This document shows, piece after piece, positions 1 to 9,812 of a stretch of 64,000 bases of DNA. This DNA is from an uncultured Spirochaetota bacterium (GTDB lineage Bacteria; Spirochaetota; Brevinematia; Brevinematales; JAOACQ01). The notes below the pieces were generated by a model that did no database searches, was not told the DNA's origin, and saw nothing but the letters and a program-made list of their open reading frames with translations. Within the stretch, counting starts at the first letter, position 1; each line of letters starts with the position of its first letter. The position numbers and the translations under genes were made by a program. Where the stretch lies: contig CAWAOD010000009.1 in assembly GCA_963783575.1 (NCBI GenBank), positions 128,001-192,000 of the forward strand, in the 5' to 3' direction.

Positions 1-182
1 ACAAAAGGAACTGCATAAGTATATTTTTTATAATATATAATAAAAAGCTGTTGATTAGTTTTTTTTGGGTGTTCTAAAATATCTAAATAATTTTGATCCA
101 GTATGATTTGAGCTACTTCATCAACATCAATATCTCGTTCAAATTTTAATTTAATTGCTTTATTTTCATCATAAACAATCAT
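1..182 (-). CDS. BrnT/DUF497-like type II toxin (runs off window edge)
   Basis: Manual translation from ATG at 182: MIVYDENKAIKLKFERDIDVDEVAQIILDQNYLDILEHPKK...YTYAVPF, resembling BrnT-family toxins; not in the ORF track. Confidence 0.65.
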   Translation of the reverse strand, partial: MIVYDENKAIKLKFERDIDVDEVAQIILDQNYLDILEHPKKTNQQLFIIYYKKYTYAVPF

Positions 183-258
183 AATAAATAATAATTATTG
201 AAAAAATAAATGTCAATATAATGTATGTATAATGTAATCGAAATTCCGCAAATCTTTC

Positions 259-555
259 GTACAACGGTGCAACTGTACGGCATTTGCAAGCCTTAGCGCC
301 AGCCCTGCACGCTTAGGCTTGCAAATGTGGTGAGCCCGTAAATAATGACTTCTATTTTAATAATCATCAAAGTCAGATTGAACTCCTTTCTCTTTTTATT
401 AAAATCAAAAACGGGTGAACCCGGGGAGCGCAACATAGAGCCGCTGAGTCTGCCGCAAAACCCGGATTTTTATCAATTTTGCCGTTTTAACTCTATATAT
501 TCCAACTAGAAATATTTTAGAAACCCTGCTTTTGCGACAGATTCCGTTGTTATGC
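259..555 (-). repeat. Long attC-like palindromic element (copy A)
   Basis: Minus strand starts GCATAAC (549-555) and ends GTTGTAC (259-265); internal hairpin 281-328; 287-339 matches 52285-52337 (inverted) at 49/53 nt. Confidence 0.65.
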
Positions 556-585
556 GATGGCCGGGCCGAAACATAGGTAATCAAA

Positions 586-1269
586 TTATTCTTTTAATTC
601 ATCCATTATTATACTATTATAAGATAAAGTTGAAATAATTAATAACGGCAATATTGTCAACATTATATAAAGCATTACAAAGAGACTTTTTGAAATAATA
701 TTTGGATCATTTACACCATATGAAAAGCCAAATACTTCGGTTATAATTGAATGTAAAAATACTATCAAAAATATTACCAATAATATTAGCCAAGGCTTTG
801 AAATTATATTTCTAATTTTATAAGGAATTTTTCTCCATAATCTTAATCGACTATTTATTAACATTGCATAGATACTTATAATTATAGCACATCCAAATTG
901 AGCTGCGCCACCACCACTCAAATATTGTAATATTGATAATAAAAGTAAAATCATCCAGGAATATTTAAAATAAATAAAATTTGCTGAATAAATAATAACT
1001 ATTGTGCTAATAATAATTGCGATTATTCCTGTAATCAGATAATTTGGAATTATTGTAAAAGCTGGCGCATAACCGAATTCCCAAAATCTATTTGATTCAC
1101 CAATAGCATAAATCATGAGTTTCCCAGCAACAGAATGAAGTTCAATAGCTTTATTTCCTTGAAATACTTCAAATAAACCATGAACTATTCCTGATATGCC
1201 ACAAATTATACTAACTAACATTACTGCAATCTTTATTGCATTTGTAAATCTTTGGTTTGTATTATTCAT
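586..1269 (-). CDS. Hypothetical multi-pass membrane protein (cassette-like)
   Basis: 227-aa ORF with several hydrophobic segments, GGAG RBS, very AT-rich. Confidence 0.75.
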   Translation of the reverse strand: MNNTNQRFTNAIKIAVMLVSIICGISGIVHGLFEVFQGNKAIELHSVAGKLMIYAIGESNRFWEFGYAPAFTIIPNYLITGIIAIIISTIVIIYSANFIYFKYSWMILLLLSILQYLSGGGAAQFGCAIIISIYAMLINSRLRLWRKIPYKIRNIISKPWLILLVIFLIVFLHSIITEVFGFSYGVNDPNIISKSLFVMLYIMLTILPLLIISTLSYNSIIMDELKE

Positions 1270-1722
1270 ATTAACTCCATTTTATGATGATAATTATTTT
1301 CAAAATTTAAAGCTTTAGACAAATTTGGAAAAATTCTATATAAATCATTCTTTGCCCAAACTATGATATTATTGTTTTCAAATTCTTTTCTTAATTTATC
1401 TGAGATAAAACCTGGGAAAGTAATTAATGGTTGCTGTGTTGGAAATGCTTTTTGATACAATTTCATAATATCCATATAATTTTTAAATCTTTGCTCAGTT
1501 TCAGGTGGGGTCGATTTAACTTCAATACATAAATGATCCCATTGTTCATTGTTTCGACCTCTAGGGTAATAATCAACCATAATATCAGCTTCAACAATTT
1601 TTCCTTCACCCATTAAATGAAGGCTACTAACTCCTCTAGTTGTATTTTTAAAACGTGAATCATCAATCATAAATAGTTGATTCAAATGTATTATTGAAAG
1701 CTATTTTATCTTTTATTTCCAT
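1266..1722 (-). CDS. PD-(D/E)XK restriction-endonuclease-like protein, frameshifted near the N-terminus
   Basis: EADIMV...CIEVKS motif; the RBS-preceded ATG at 1722 (MEIKDKIAFNNTFES) is out of frame with the 1266..1685 ORF. Confidence 0.55.
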
Positions 1723-1766
1723 AATTACCTTCATTATATTTTTTAAACGGCGTCTGATGCAATTAT

Positions 1767-1895
1767 GTCTAACTCGATATATACGAAGTTCATATATTAC
1801 CCCAAATCCCGGGTATTAAATGAACTTCTTTACCAACTTGCCGGGCAACGGCTTGAAATAATTTCATTATAGCATTTTAATTTGCTGATTGTCAA
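1767..1895 (-). promoter_or_regulatory. Consensus sigma70 promoter plus attI-like core (platform A)
   Basis: TTGACA(1895-1890)-18 nt-TATAAT(1871-1866) with extended TG, then GTTAGAC core at 1773-1767; homologous to 51089-51191. Confidence 0.6.
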
Positions 1896-2051
1896 TCAGG
1901 GTCAGGATAGAATCATAACACCTACCGTTATCGAATTATTATATGGAAAATTCAGAGTTATTTTTGAGTTTAAAATGTTTTTCATATACAATCTCCTGGT
2001 ATTAATTATAAAAATCCATTAGATAATACAAAGAATCTCCGGAGGCTAAAA

Positions 2052-3835
2052 ATGAAAATTATTTTTATATCCATCTTTCTTTTTCTTTCAGTGTCCGTTT
2101 ATTCCGCCGACTGGCCTATATACAAGGGCAACCTTTACTTTACCGGCAATAATGACCAGATCATAGTAAAGAACAATAGCCTGAAGTGGCTTTTTATGGC
2201 ATCCAATTATATCTTTAACCCGGTTGTTTCCGACGGCAAAATCTATTTTTCCGATTTGGATAAAATTGTCTATTCCGTGGATGAAGAAACCGGTAAAATA
2301 AAATGGAAATTGGATTTAAAAGACATATCCAGCCATTTTAGCGGAAATGCAGGAGTTCCCGGAAAAGTTAAATATCCGATCATCAGGGGAAATTCCATTT
2401 TCCTTTCAGATGCCACGGCAATATACTGCCTTGATAAAAATACCGGTAGAGTACTTTGGGCTAGGTCCGGTCTTCAGGAAAACGAAAAATAAACAGCTGT
2501 GATAGACGGTATTTATGCCGACCCTATTCTATCGGGAGATAATCTTTATTATGGCACCAGGAAGAATTTTATCGCACGTGAAATATTTAACGGGCATGTT
2601 ATCTGGTCCAGCCAGGAGATAGAAAGCTATAGCGGATTTCCCACGTATTACGATGATAAAATACTGGCACAGTCCAGGGATTATAAAAACAACTCTTACT
2701 TTGTCCTATGCCTGGACCGGTATACCGGAAAGATTCTTTGGAAGAAACAGATCGATAACCCTCTACAGATATTTTCACCGGTTGTATATCAAGGTAAAGT
2801 TTTTATCCCATCGGGAAAAAAGCTTTACAGCCTTTCTTTAAGTGACGGTTCAATAATCTGGCAGAAGGAGTACGGGGATTATATTACCTCAAACCCAAGC
2901 TTTACAGACAGGGAAGTGCTTCTGACGATCGGGAATCAAAAAATTGCCGTATTAACGCCCGATAACGGTTCCGTCAGCTATGAACTGGATTTCGGAGCCG
3001 GTCCGAACCTTATTATGTGACTGTGAATGATCAGATTTACACTGCTTTTAATTATAATAAAAATATCGGCGGTAAGGATATAACCTTCACATCCGTCAGG
3101 GCTTACACCTTCGGCGACAATAAGCCAATCTGGGAATTTCTGCCGCCTTTCCCCGGCGGCGCATCACAGCCGATTGCCTCCCGCGGTACTTTGTTCATTC
3201 CTGCAGGTAATTATCTTTATGCAATAGGTACTTATTATGAACGGCCGATTGTTTATGGAAATGACGGCAGCTCAATCCTGGAGCCGGAGGCCGGTTCCCC
3301 GGGCAAATCATCATCTTTCGCTGCTGTTCAGGAATCGTCCGGCGGTTCATCAACCTCGTCCCTGCCCTCATCAGGATTGAATGATAATTTTGTAAAAAAC
3401 CCTGTTTCCAGCCAATCCTCTTTCACCGAAAAAGAAAAAGAACTACCGAAAGCTCCGGAAAAGCCTGTGAACCTGGAAGAAACCAAACCTGGTGAAAGTG
3501 TTATAGTTCATAATATTTATTTTGAGTTTGATAAAGCCTATCTCAGGCGTGAGTCCATAGCAACATTGGATGATATTGTCAATCAGCTTAAGAAAAACAC
3601 AGCAATTAAGCTTGAAATCCAGGGACACACCGACAACACTGGAACCGTGGAATATAACAAAAAGCTATCCGATCGCCGGGCCGACGCAGTAATGGAATAT
3701 TTGATTAAGAATGGCATCAGCCCCGAACGGCTCCACTCCATGGGATTCGGCGAAACCAAACCGGTTGCCGATAACAAAACTGAAGAGGGAAGAAGTAAGA
3801 ACAGAAGGACGGAATTTTTGATTCTGGAAAAGTAA
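2052..3835 (+). CDS. Exported PQQ-like beta-propeller (BamB-like) protein with C-terminal OmpA domain; split by an in-frame TAA and a frameshift
   Basis: Signal peptide, repeated TGKI.WK propeller motifs over three ORFs, OmpA_C motifs IYFEFDK / IQGHTD / NRRTE; TAA at 2490-2492 is in frame with 2499; frameshift near 3000. Confidence 0.8.
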
Positions 3836-3952
3836 ACCGCCACCCGGCAGAATATTTCTCATTATTGAGAAAAAATACAATAAACCATCGATTTTTGACG
3901 TGATTCCCAAGAAATGATATTATATTTGATTAAAATAATGGAAGGACAAAAT

Positions 3953-4705
3953 ATGCAACCATTAATCACAGAAAAAGAATACGAAATCCATTACCATGAA
4001 ACGGATTTTAGAAGAAAGGTGTGGATTTATAGATTGATGAATTATTTTGACGATATAGTCCTTGAACAGAGTAATTTAATAGGTTTCGGTCTTGATTTTT
4101 TTGAAAAGAACAGTTTGATCTGGGTTCTATTAAACTGGGATATAAAAATAATAAAATTACCGTCATACCAGGATAAAGTGCTTGTAAGAACCTTTCCGTA
4201 TTCTATGAAAAAATGCTATGGATACAGGAAATATGAGATCAGGAATTCGATTGGAGAAAATATTGTAACTGCCGATACTGCCTGGATATTTCTGGACAGA
4301 AACACCATGCGTCCCTTGAGAGTTCCGGAAAATATTTGTACGGCTTACGGGATTGTTAAGGATGAAGGAGAAAGCCTGGCAATGGATAAAATCAACTCTC
4401 CGGATAGGGATGATATGGAGAAAGATTTTTTTGTGCGATACAGCGATATTGACGGAAACCAGCATGTTAATAATGTCAGCTATGTTGAATGGGCACTGGA
4501 AACGGTGCCCATGGATTTATTGCTGAATTATGATCCTTTAAACATAAAGATCAGTTATAAGAAAGAATCAAAATATGGAGACGCCGTCCGATCAATTTCA
4601 GAAATAAACATTAACGGATCATCTGCGGATTGCCGGCACAAAATTACAGATAAAAACGGCGTCGATTTGTGTTTACTTCAGACCATTTGGGAAAAGTCAG
4701 CTTAA
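3953..4705 (+). CDS. Acyl-ACP thioesterase (FatA family)
   Basis: VRYSDIDGNQHVNNVSY motif, double hotdog layout. Confidence 0.9.
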   Translation: MQPLITEKEYEIHYHETDFRRKVWIYRLMNYFDDIVLEQSNLIGFGLDFFEKNSLIWVLLNWDIKIIKLPSYQDKVLVRTFPYSMKKCYGYRKYEIRNSIGENIVTADTAWIFLDRNTMRPLRVPENICTAYGIVKDEGESLAMDKINSPDRDDMEKDFFVRYSDIDGNQHVNNVSYVEWALETVPMDLLLNYDPLNIKISYKKESKYGDAVRSISEININGSSADCRHKITDKNGVDLCLLQTIWEKSA

Positions 4706-4856
4706 TTTACTAAGTACGTTTATAATGTTCAGCAGAACCTGCCCTGCGGTATCGATAGGCTCAATACCTTTTCAATCAAAAAAAGGATCAAGCGTCACGC
4801 TTGTCAAAATACCTGTTAAAAATTACTTGAGTGCAGTATATAACTTGTCGAAAATA

Positions 4857-4899
4857 TATTAAAAGATAAAAATCATTTCATGATTTTTATCTTTTAATA
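4857..4899. repeat. Perfect 20-bp inverted repeat with 3-nt loop
   Basis: tattaaaagataaaaatcat-ttc-atgatttttatcttttaata. Confidence 0.9.
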
Positions 4900-4971
4900 A
4901 GTAGTTTTGAATAGCGTAAGTTCGGGATAGACAAAACTACACTCTGGTTGGTAAAACCATTGGGGTTAATT

Positions 4972-6006
4972 ATGCGGATTATAAAATGGATCGCATTACT
5001 CTTACTGAATTTTTACCTTTTTAACTTTCTTTTCCCGGCTCCGATTGATCTTAAAAATATCATAACAATCGACGGTTTTCAGGATAATCCAATTCTTGGA
5101 ATGGGAATTGTAACAGGCTTAAAAGGTACCGGGGACGACAAAGGAACACAGACAAAAGAGATTGCCGCAAGAATTTTTAAACATTTCGGATTTAATGTAA
5201 ATCCGGATGATATAAATCCTAAAAATTCTGCAGCAGTATTGGTCAGCGCTGTTGTTTCACCGTCATCTTCGGTAGGTTCCAGACTTGATGTAAAAATATC
5301 CTCTATCTGTAATGCAAAATCTCTTGAAGGCGGCGAATTGATCGTTACACCTCTTTTCGGAGGTGAAAACAGAGAGGATATATATGCGATAGCCCAGGGC
5401 AGCATTATAGTTGATAAAACCTCAAAAGGAGTTACAGGCTACATACCGATGGGCGGAATATTACAAAAGGAAATTGAACATCTAATTGTCAGCAGTAACA
5501 GGGTATTTTCAATTGGAGTTTTAGACACGCTTCATTTTACATCTATAAGCAAAGTAGCCGATGCCATAAGGGCAAAATATCCCGATTCCATAAAATCCAT
5601 AACTCAAAATAAAATCAAATTATCGCTGCCGCCCGATATCGAATTCTTCCAGTTTATCAATGACATTTACCAGTTAAAAGCCGATGTGGAAGACAGTCCC
5701 AGTGTGATAATTGATTCCAAAAAAGGCATAATTGTTTCCGGCGGAAATGTAATTGTAACGGATGCGGCAATTTCTCTCAAAGGAATGAAATTAGTAGTCG
5801 GAAACGGAGGTTCTGCGCCATCCTGGGGTGGAAACGGAGCCTCTCAACAATCCGGGAATAACGTCCAGTACTTTAAAACTACAACAACAGTATCGGATCT
5901 TGTGGATGGGTTGAACAAAACAGGGGCGTCAATCGATGATATGATCGAACTGCTTCAGCTTATGTATAAAAACGGTAATCTGAAAGCAAAATTAATTGTT
6001 TTATAA
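4972..6006 (+). CDS. flgI: Flagellar P-ring protein FlgI
   Basis: NPILGMGIVTGLKGTGD, KNSAAVLV, AKSLEGGEL, C-terminal GNLKAKLIV. Confidence 0.9.
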   Translation: MRIIKWIALLLLNFYLFNFLFPAPIDLKNIITIDGFQDNPILGMGIVTGLKGTGDDKGTQTKEIAARIFKHFGFNVNPDDINPKNSAAVLVSAVVSPSSSVGSRLDVKISSICNAKSLEGGELIVTPLFGGENREDIYAIAQGSIIVDKTSKGVTGYIPMGGILQKEIEHLIVSSNRVFSIGVLDTLHFTSISKVADAIRAKYPDSIKSITQNKIKLSLPPDIEFFQFINDIYQLKADVEDSPSVIIDSKKGIIVSGGNVIVTDAAISLKGMKLVVGNGGSAPSWGGNGASQQSGNNVQYFKTTTTVSDLVDGLNKTGASIDDMIELLQLMYKNGNLKAKLIVL

Positions 6007-6038
6007 AAAAAGGCCGGGCATATTGCCCCGGCCTTTTT
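6005..6038. terminator. Bidirectional intrinsic terminator
   Basis: A-tract, ggccgggc/gccccggcc stem, T-tract between convergent genes. Confidence 0.85.
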
Positions 6039-6056
6039 AATTAAGTAACTAACTAT

Positions 6057-6545
6057 TCACAAATTTTGTAGCTCGTTCAATTTGCTTTGAGCTTCGTCTT
6101 TTAAGGCTTTTGGAGCAGTCGGACTTGTTACGATTTCTTTTAACCGGCTTTGAGCATTATCCCTCGCATTATCTATTAAAGCATTGATATCGGCATCACT
6201 CATTCCTGATTTTACAACTTTCTCCTTGTCGGTATGGATAAATTTTATAACTAGTATATAAGCTTTTGCCGTTTTCAATTTTGTGGAAGAATCGCTTGCA
6301 GTCTTTTCATCATCAAGAGATTCCCTGAGAACAGACATTACATTAGCGAAAGCTGTATCATTCATCCTGTCATATGCGGGTTTCGGAGTTTCCTTTTTTA
6401 CCGTATTTGTAGCCGCGGGCTGCGCAGATGTTTCAGTTTTAACTTCATTCTTTGGCTGAGGTTTAACCTGTTCTTTCGGTCCGCATGAAACAATCAGAAA
6501 CGATGCCGTTATACTTAAAATAGCTAAGGTTAAAATTCTAAACAT
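6057..6545 (-). CDS. Hypothetical lipoprotein
   Basis: Lipobox LIVSC, GGAGG RBS. Confidence 0.75.
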   Translation of the reverse strand: MFRILTLAILSITASFLIVSCGPKEQVKPQPKNEVKTETSAQPAATNTVKKETPKPAYDRMNDTAFANVMSVLRESLDDEKTASDSSTKLKTAKAYILVIKFIHTDKEKVVKSGMSDADINALIDNARDNAQSRLKEIVTSPTAPKALKDEAQSKLNELQNL

Positions 6546-6580
6546 ATAATACCTCCATGATTTAATTGTAATTATTAATA

Positions 6581-7096
6581 TTACCAGTGTATGGCTTCAA
6601 TTGTTTCCCAGGCGGCTTTTACAGTCTGATCCCTGTGATGCCTGTTATCCAGTACAATATTCAGCAGTACCGGGAAGCTTTTTGAGCTGCCGTTTTTCAG
6701 TAAAATTCTTACCAAGCCCTCAGCAATAACATCATCATAATACATAACCTGATCATCTTCCTTAAAATCCGGGTTTGTATAAAAATACTCAAGCAGATTA
6801 TCAATAATATCAATAACCCTGTCATTTGTATAATTATCGCTGAATGATTTTAAGGCCTTCTTTTTATCTTCATAAATACCATTTTTTACTAAAGTCCTAT
6901 AAGCTTTAGCGATCTCATCATCACCGGATAAATTTTTTAATTCATGAGCGGCTTTTGTATTTGATTCATTATCCGTATTAATACCGCTGTTGTCAGTAGA
7001 AGGGCTCTGGCAAAAAGCTGATATATTAAACAAAAAGATGGCACTAATGGGTAGAAATAAAAGTCTAAGAATTAAATTATTGATATTTCTTTTCAT
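6581..7096 (-). CDS. Exported HEAT-repeat-like protein
   Basis: Signal peptide; C-terminus paralogous to 7105..7848 (FPVLL...HRD.TVKA.W...I.W). Confidence 0.65.
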   Translation of the reverse strand: MKRNINNLILRLLFLPISAIFLFNISAFCQSPSTDNSGINTDNESNTKAAHELKNLSGDDEIAKAYRTLVKNGIYEDKKKALKSFSDNYTNDRVIDIIDNLLEYFYTNPDFKEDDQVMYYDDVIAEGLVRILLKNGSSKSFPVLLNIVLDNRHHRDQTVKAAWETIEAIHW

Positions 7097-7104
7097 TTTA
7101 AAAG

Positions 7105-7848
7105 CTACCATTTGATTTTTTTCATTGCATCCCAACCGGCCTTTACCGTATCATCACGATGCTGATCCGGATTCATTACAGTCTGCAGTAGTACCGGAAA
7201 AGCCCTTGGATCGCCTATATCCCCAAGCGTTACAATAATAGCTTCTGCCACTCTGTCATCATCAAAGCGTTTTGTATCCTGTTCGTTAAATTTCGCTCTG
7301 GTTACACCATATTGATTTTTTAATAAATCAAGTAATTTAGGAACGATTAAATTCGCATTGCCCAATATCGGTAATGCCCTAGCCGCAGCGATCCTTGGGT
7401 TCACTGATTCGTCCCTTTCAATCACTGTCAATAGTGTCGGAACAAAATTTGAGTTGGAGCTTTGAGCAATCGCATTTATAGCCATCACCCTGGCGTCAGG
7501 TGAAACTGCAGTGATTTTCTGCGCGGTTTTATTAGCATTCCTTATATCTTCCATTACAATTTCCTGTAATAAATCATATTTCTGCGAAGGAACATTTGTA
7601 ACCTTGGTTATCAACAATACAATTTTAAACTGCGTGTCAAAACTAGCCTGTTTCCCTACTGAATCGTAAAATTCACTTTTCAAAAATGGTAATACTGCAT
7701 CAGGAAGTTTTAATTCTTCCGGAATTGCCTTAATCGGCACATTCGGTCCTAACAGCGCATTTAATGCATCATTATCAGCAGCATAAGCTGAAACAGAGAT
7801 GGCTAATAAGAAGAAACAGACAGACAGCAGCAAATAACTCTTCTTCAT
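7105..7848 (-). CDS. Exported HEAT-repeat protein
   Basis: Signal peptide AYA; HEAT motifs RIAAARALPILG and LGDIGDPRAFPVLL. Confidence 0.75.
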   Translation of the reverse strand: MKKSYLLLSVCFFLLAISVSAYAADNDALNALLGPNVPIKAIPEELKLPDAVLPFLKSEFYDSVGKQASFDTQFKIVLLITKVTNVPSQKYDLLQEIVMEDIRNANKTAQKITAVSPDARVMAINAIAQSSNSNFVPTLLTVIERDESVNPRIAAARALPILGNANLIVPKLLDLLKNQYGVTRAKFNEQDTKRFDDDRVAEAIIVTLGDIGDPRAFPVLLQTVMNPDQHRDDTVKAGWDAMKKIKW

Positions 7849-8097
7849 ATATTACTCCTTATATGAATTTACATTCTCATATATAATCTTAAATAAAGTA
7901 GCGCCATATTTGATTTATTATAAAATAAAAACAATCATAATTAAAGTCAAGATATAAAGTTATAAATACATATTTTAAATTGAATTCAAGTCATTTTAAC
8001 TTAATCTCAACAAATGTCAAGTAAAAAAAGTTAATTTTACCTTATTTTGGCAATGTTAATTTATATAAAGGCAATATCGGAAAATAAATACCCAAAA

Positions 8098-8937
8098 TTA
8101 AATATTTTCCAATTCCATTACGGCCTCATCAACAATCCCATCCGGCGTAGATGCCCCGGCTGTAACACCGATCGTTTTAACTCCCATTAGTAAATTTCTG
8201 TCCAGTTCGGATATTCTTTCGATATGGAAACTGGAAACAATTTCGCTGCATAATTCGAAAAGCCTTTTAGTGTTGGAACTGTTTTTCCCGCCGAGGATTA
8301 TCATTCTTTCAACTTTACCCGCCGTTTCCAGGGCTGAACTTTGACGCCTTCTTGTTGACGGGCAGATGGTATTATGAATATGAACCGACTCACAGTGCCG
8401 TATAAAATGATCGCTAATTTCAAGGAATCTCTTTAAAGACATGGTCGTCTGGGATATCAGGGCACATTTTTCTTTTGGAAAAGCAAATTTATCTGGATTG
8501 AAACTATTATGACCAATAATAGTGACATTTTTTGAAAAATCCTGCGTCGATGCTATTACTTCAGGATGTTCCGGCTCACCTACAAAAAATACGGGAACCT
8601 TATTATCTATTTCCTTTTTTATTATTTTAGAAATATTCCTCACATAAACACAGGTTGCATCTATTACATTGAAACCTTTTCTGACCGCATCATCGATAAC
8701 GCTGTGAGGAAGGCCATGCGCCCTAACAACACCTACACCGCTGCCGATGCCGAATATGGAATCCTTTATTATCACGCCCTTTTTTTTATATTCACAGATG
8801 ATATCCTGGTTATGTATTATTTCGCCGATGGAAAATATCTTTCTGCCCGGATTAGCCTCAATTGCGGCATCCAGCTTGTCCAACGCTATACGGACACCAT
8901 GACAGAAACCGTACTCTTTTGACACTATTACTTTCAT
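8098..8937 (-). CDS. ispH: 4-hydroxy-3-methylbut-2-enyl diphosphate reductase
   Basis: GFCHGV, IIHN, RAHG, DATC, TICPST.RRQ, SSNT, TAGASTP. Confidence 0.97.
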   Translation of the reverse strand: MKVIVSKEYGFCHGVRIALDKLDAAIEANPGRKIFSIGEIIHNQDIICEYKKKGVIIKDSIFGIGSGVGVVRAHGLPHSVIDDAVRKGFNVIDATCVYVRNISKIIKKEIDNKVPVFFVGEPEHPEVIASTQDFSKNVTIIGHNSFNPDKFAFPKEKCALISQTTMSLKRFLEISDHFIRHCESVHIHNTICPSTRRRQSSALETAGKVERMIILGGKNSSNTKRLFELCSEIVSSFHIERISELDRNLLMGVKTIGVTAGASTPDGIVDEAVMELENI

Positions 8938-8949
8938 TATATGCCTTAC

Positions 8950-9798
8950 TTATAACTTTTCCCTGAATTCCTTACTTTTTTTGAGATAATCGACAAGTTC
9001 CTTACGTTTATTATTCCTTATCAGATGGATTAAAGTGTCGATCTCCCTGGAAAAATCAATCAGGGCCCTTTCCACATTATCGGCATTATGTAGAATAATA
9101 TCGGCCCACATATCCGGGTTTGACTGCGCAATTCTTGTAATGTCCAGCAGGCCTTTCCCGTATAAACCGAAAAATCTGACTTCCGACCATCCGTCTTTTT
9201 CAAGGTACCGGGATGTTGCAAATGCTATCAAATGCGGAACATGACTTGTAGAAGCCACTATTTCATCATGAAAATCGGCCGAAACTAAAACAATCTGTGC
9301 TCCAAGAGTTTTCCAGAAATCCCGCACTTCTTCCATGACGCCTTCCTCGGTTTCACCGATTACTGCGACTATTTTTTTCTGGAACAAATCCGCCCTCGCA
9401 TATTCCAGGCCGGACTTTTCACTTCCAGCCATCGGATGCGTGCTGACAAAATGGATGCCCCTGTTATTGATCTTATTAATCCCGGCGATGACCGGCCTTT
9501 TAACGCTCCCGACATCCATAACAATCACATTTTCAGACAAGTTGTTTATATACTTAAAAAATATATCTGAAACCGTCTCAATAGGTGTACCAATTATGAA
9601 AATGTCAAGTTCTCCGACTATTTCGGAATTTTCATCAGCGATTTTATCAATCATCCCAAGTCTTTTTGCCATTTCCAGTTTTTCTTTATCCCGGCCGAAA
9701 CCGATAATTTTAGAACCCGGTATTAAAGCTTTGACCGCAAGAGCTATAGATCCGCCGATTAAACCAAGGCCATATATTCCTACAATTTTTTTATCCAT
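8950..9798 (-). CDS. tyrA: Prephenate/arogenate dehydrogenase
   Basis: GLGLIGGS, DVGSVK, HPMAGSE, HDEIVA..SHVPH. Confidence 0.93.
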   Translation of the reverse strand: MDKKIVGIYGLGLIGGSIALAVKALIPGSKIIGFGRDKEKLEMAKRLGMIDKIADENSEIVGELDIFIIGTPIETVSDIFFKYINNLSENVIVMDVGSVKRPVIAGINKINNRGIHFVSTHPMAGSEKSGLEYARADLFQKKIVAVIGETEEGVMEEVRDFWKTLGAQIVLVSADFHDEIVASTSHVPHLIAFATSRYLEKDGWSEVRFFGLYGKGLLDITRIAQSNPDMWADIILHNADNVERALIDFSREIDTLIHLIRNNKRKELVDYLKKSKEFREKL

Positions 9799-9812
9799 AA
9801 CCGCCCCAAATA

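Noticed and set aside
2490..2492. Stop-codon reassignment suggested by an in-frame TAA
   Set aside because: Single case; TAA terminates many conserved genes in this window
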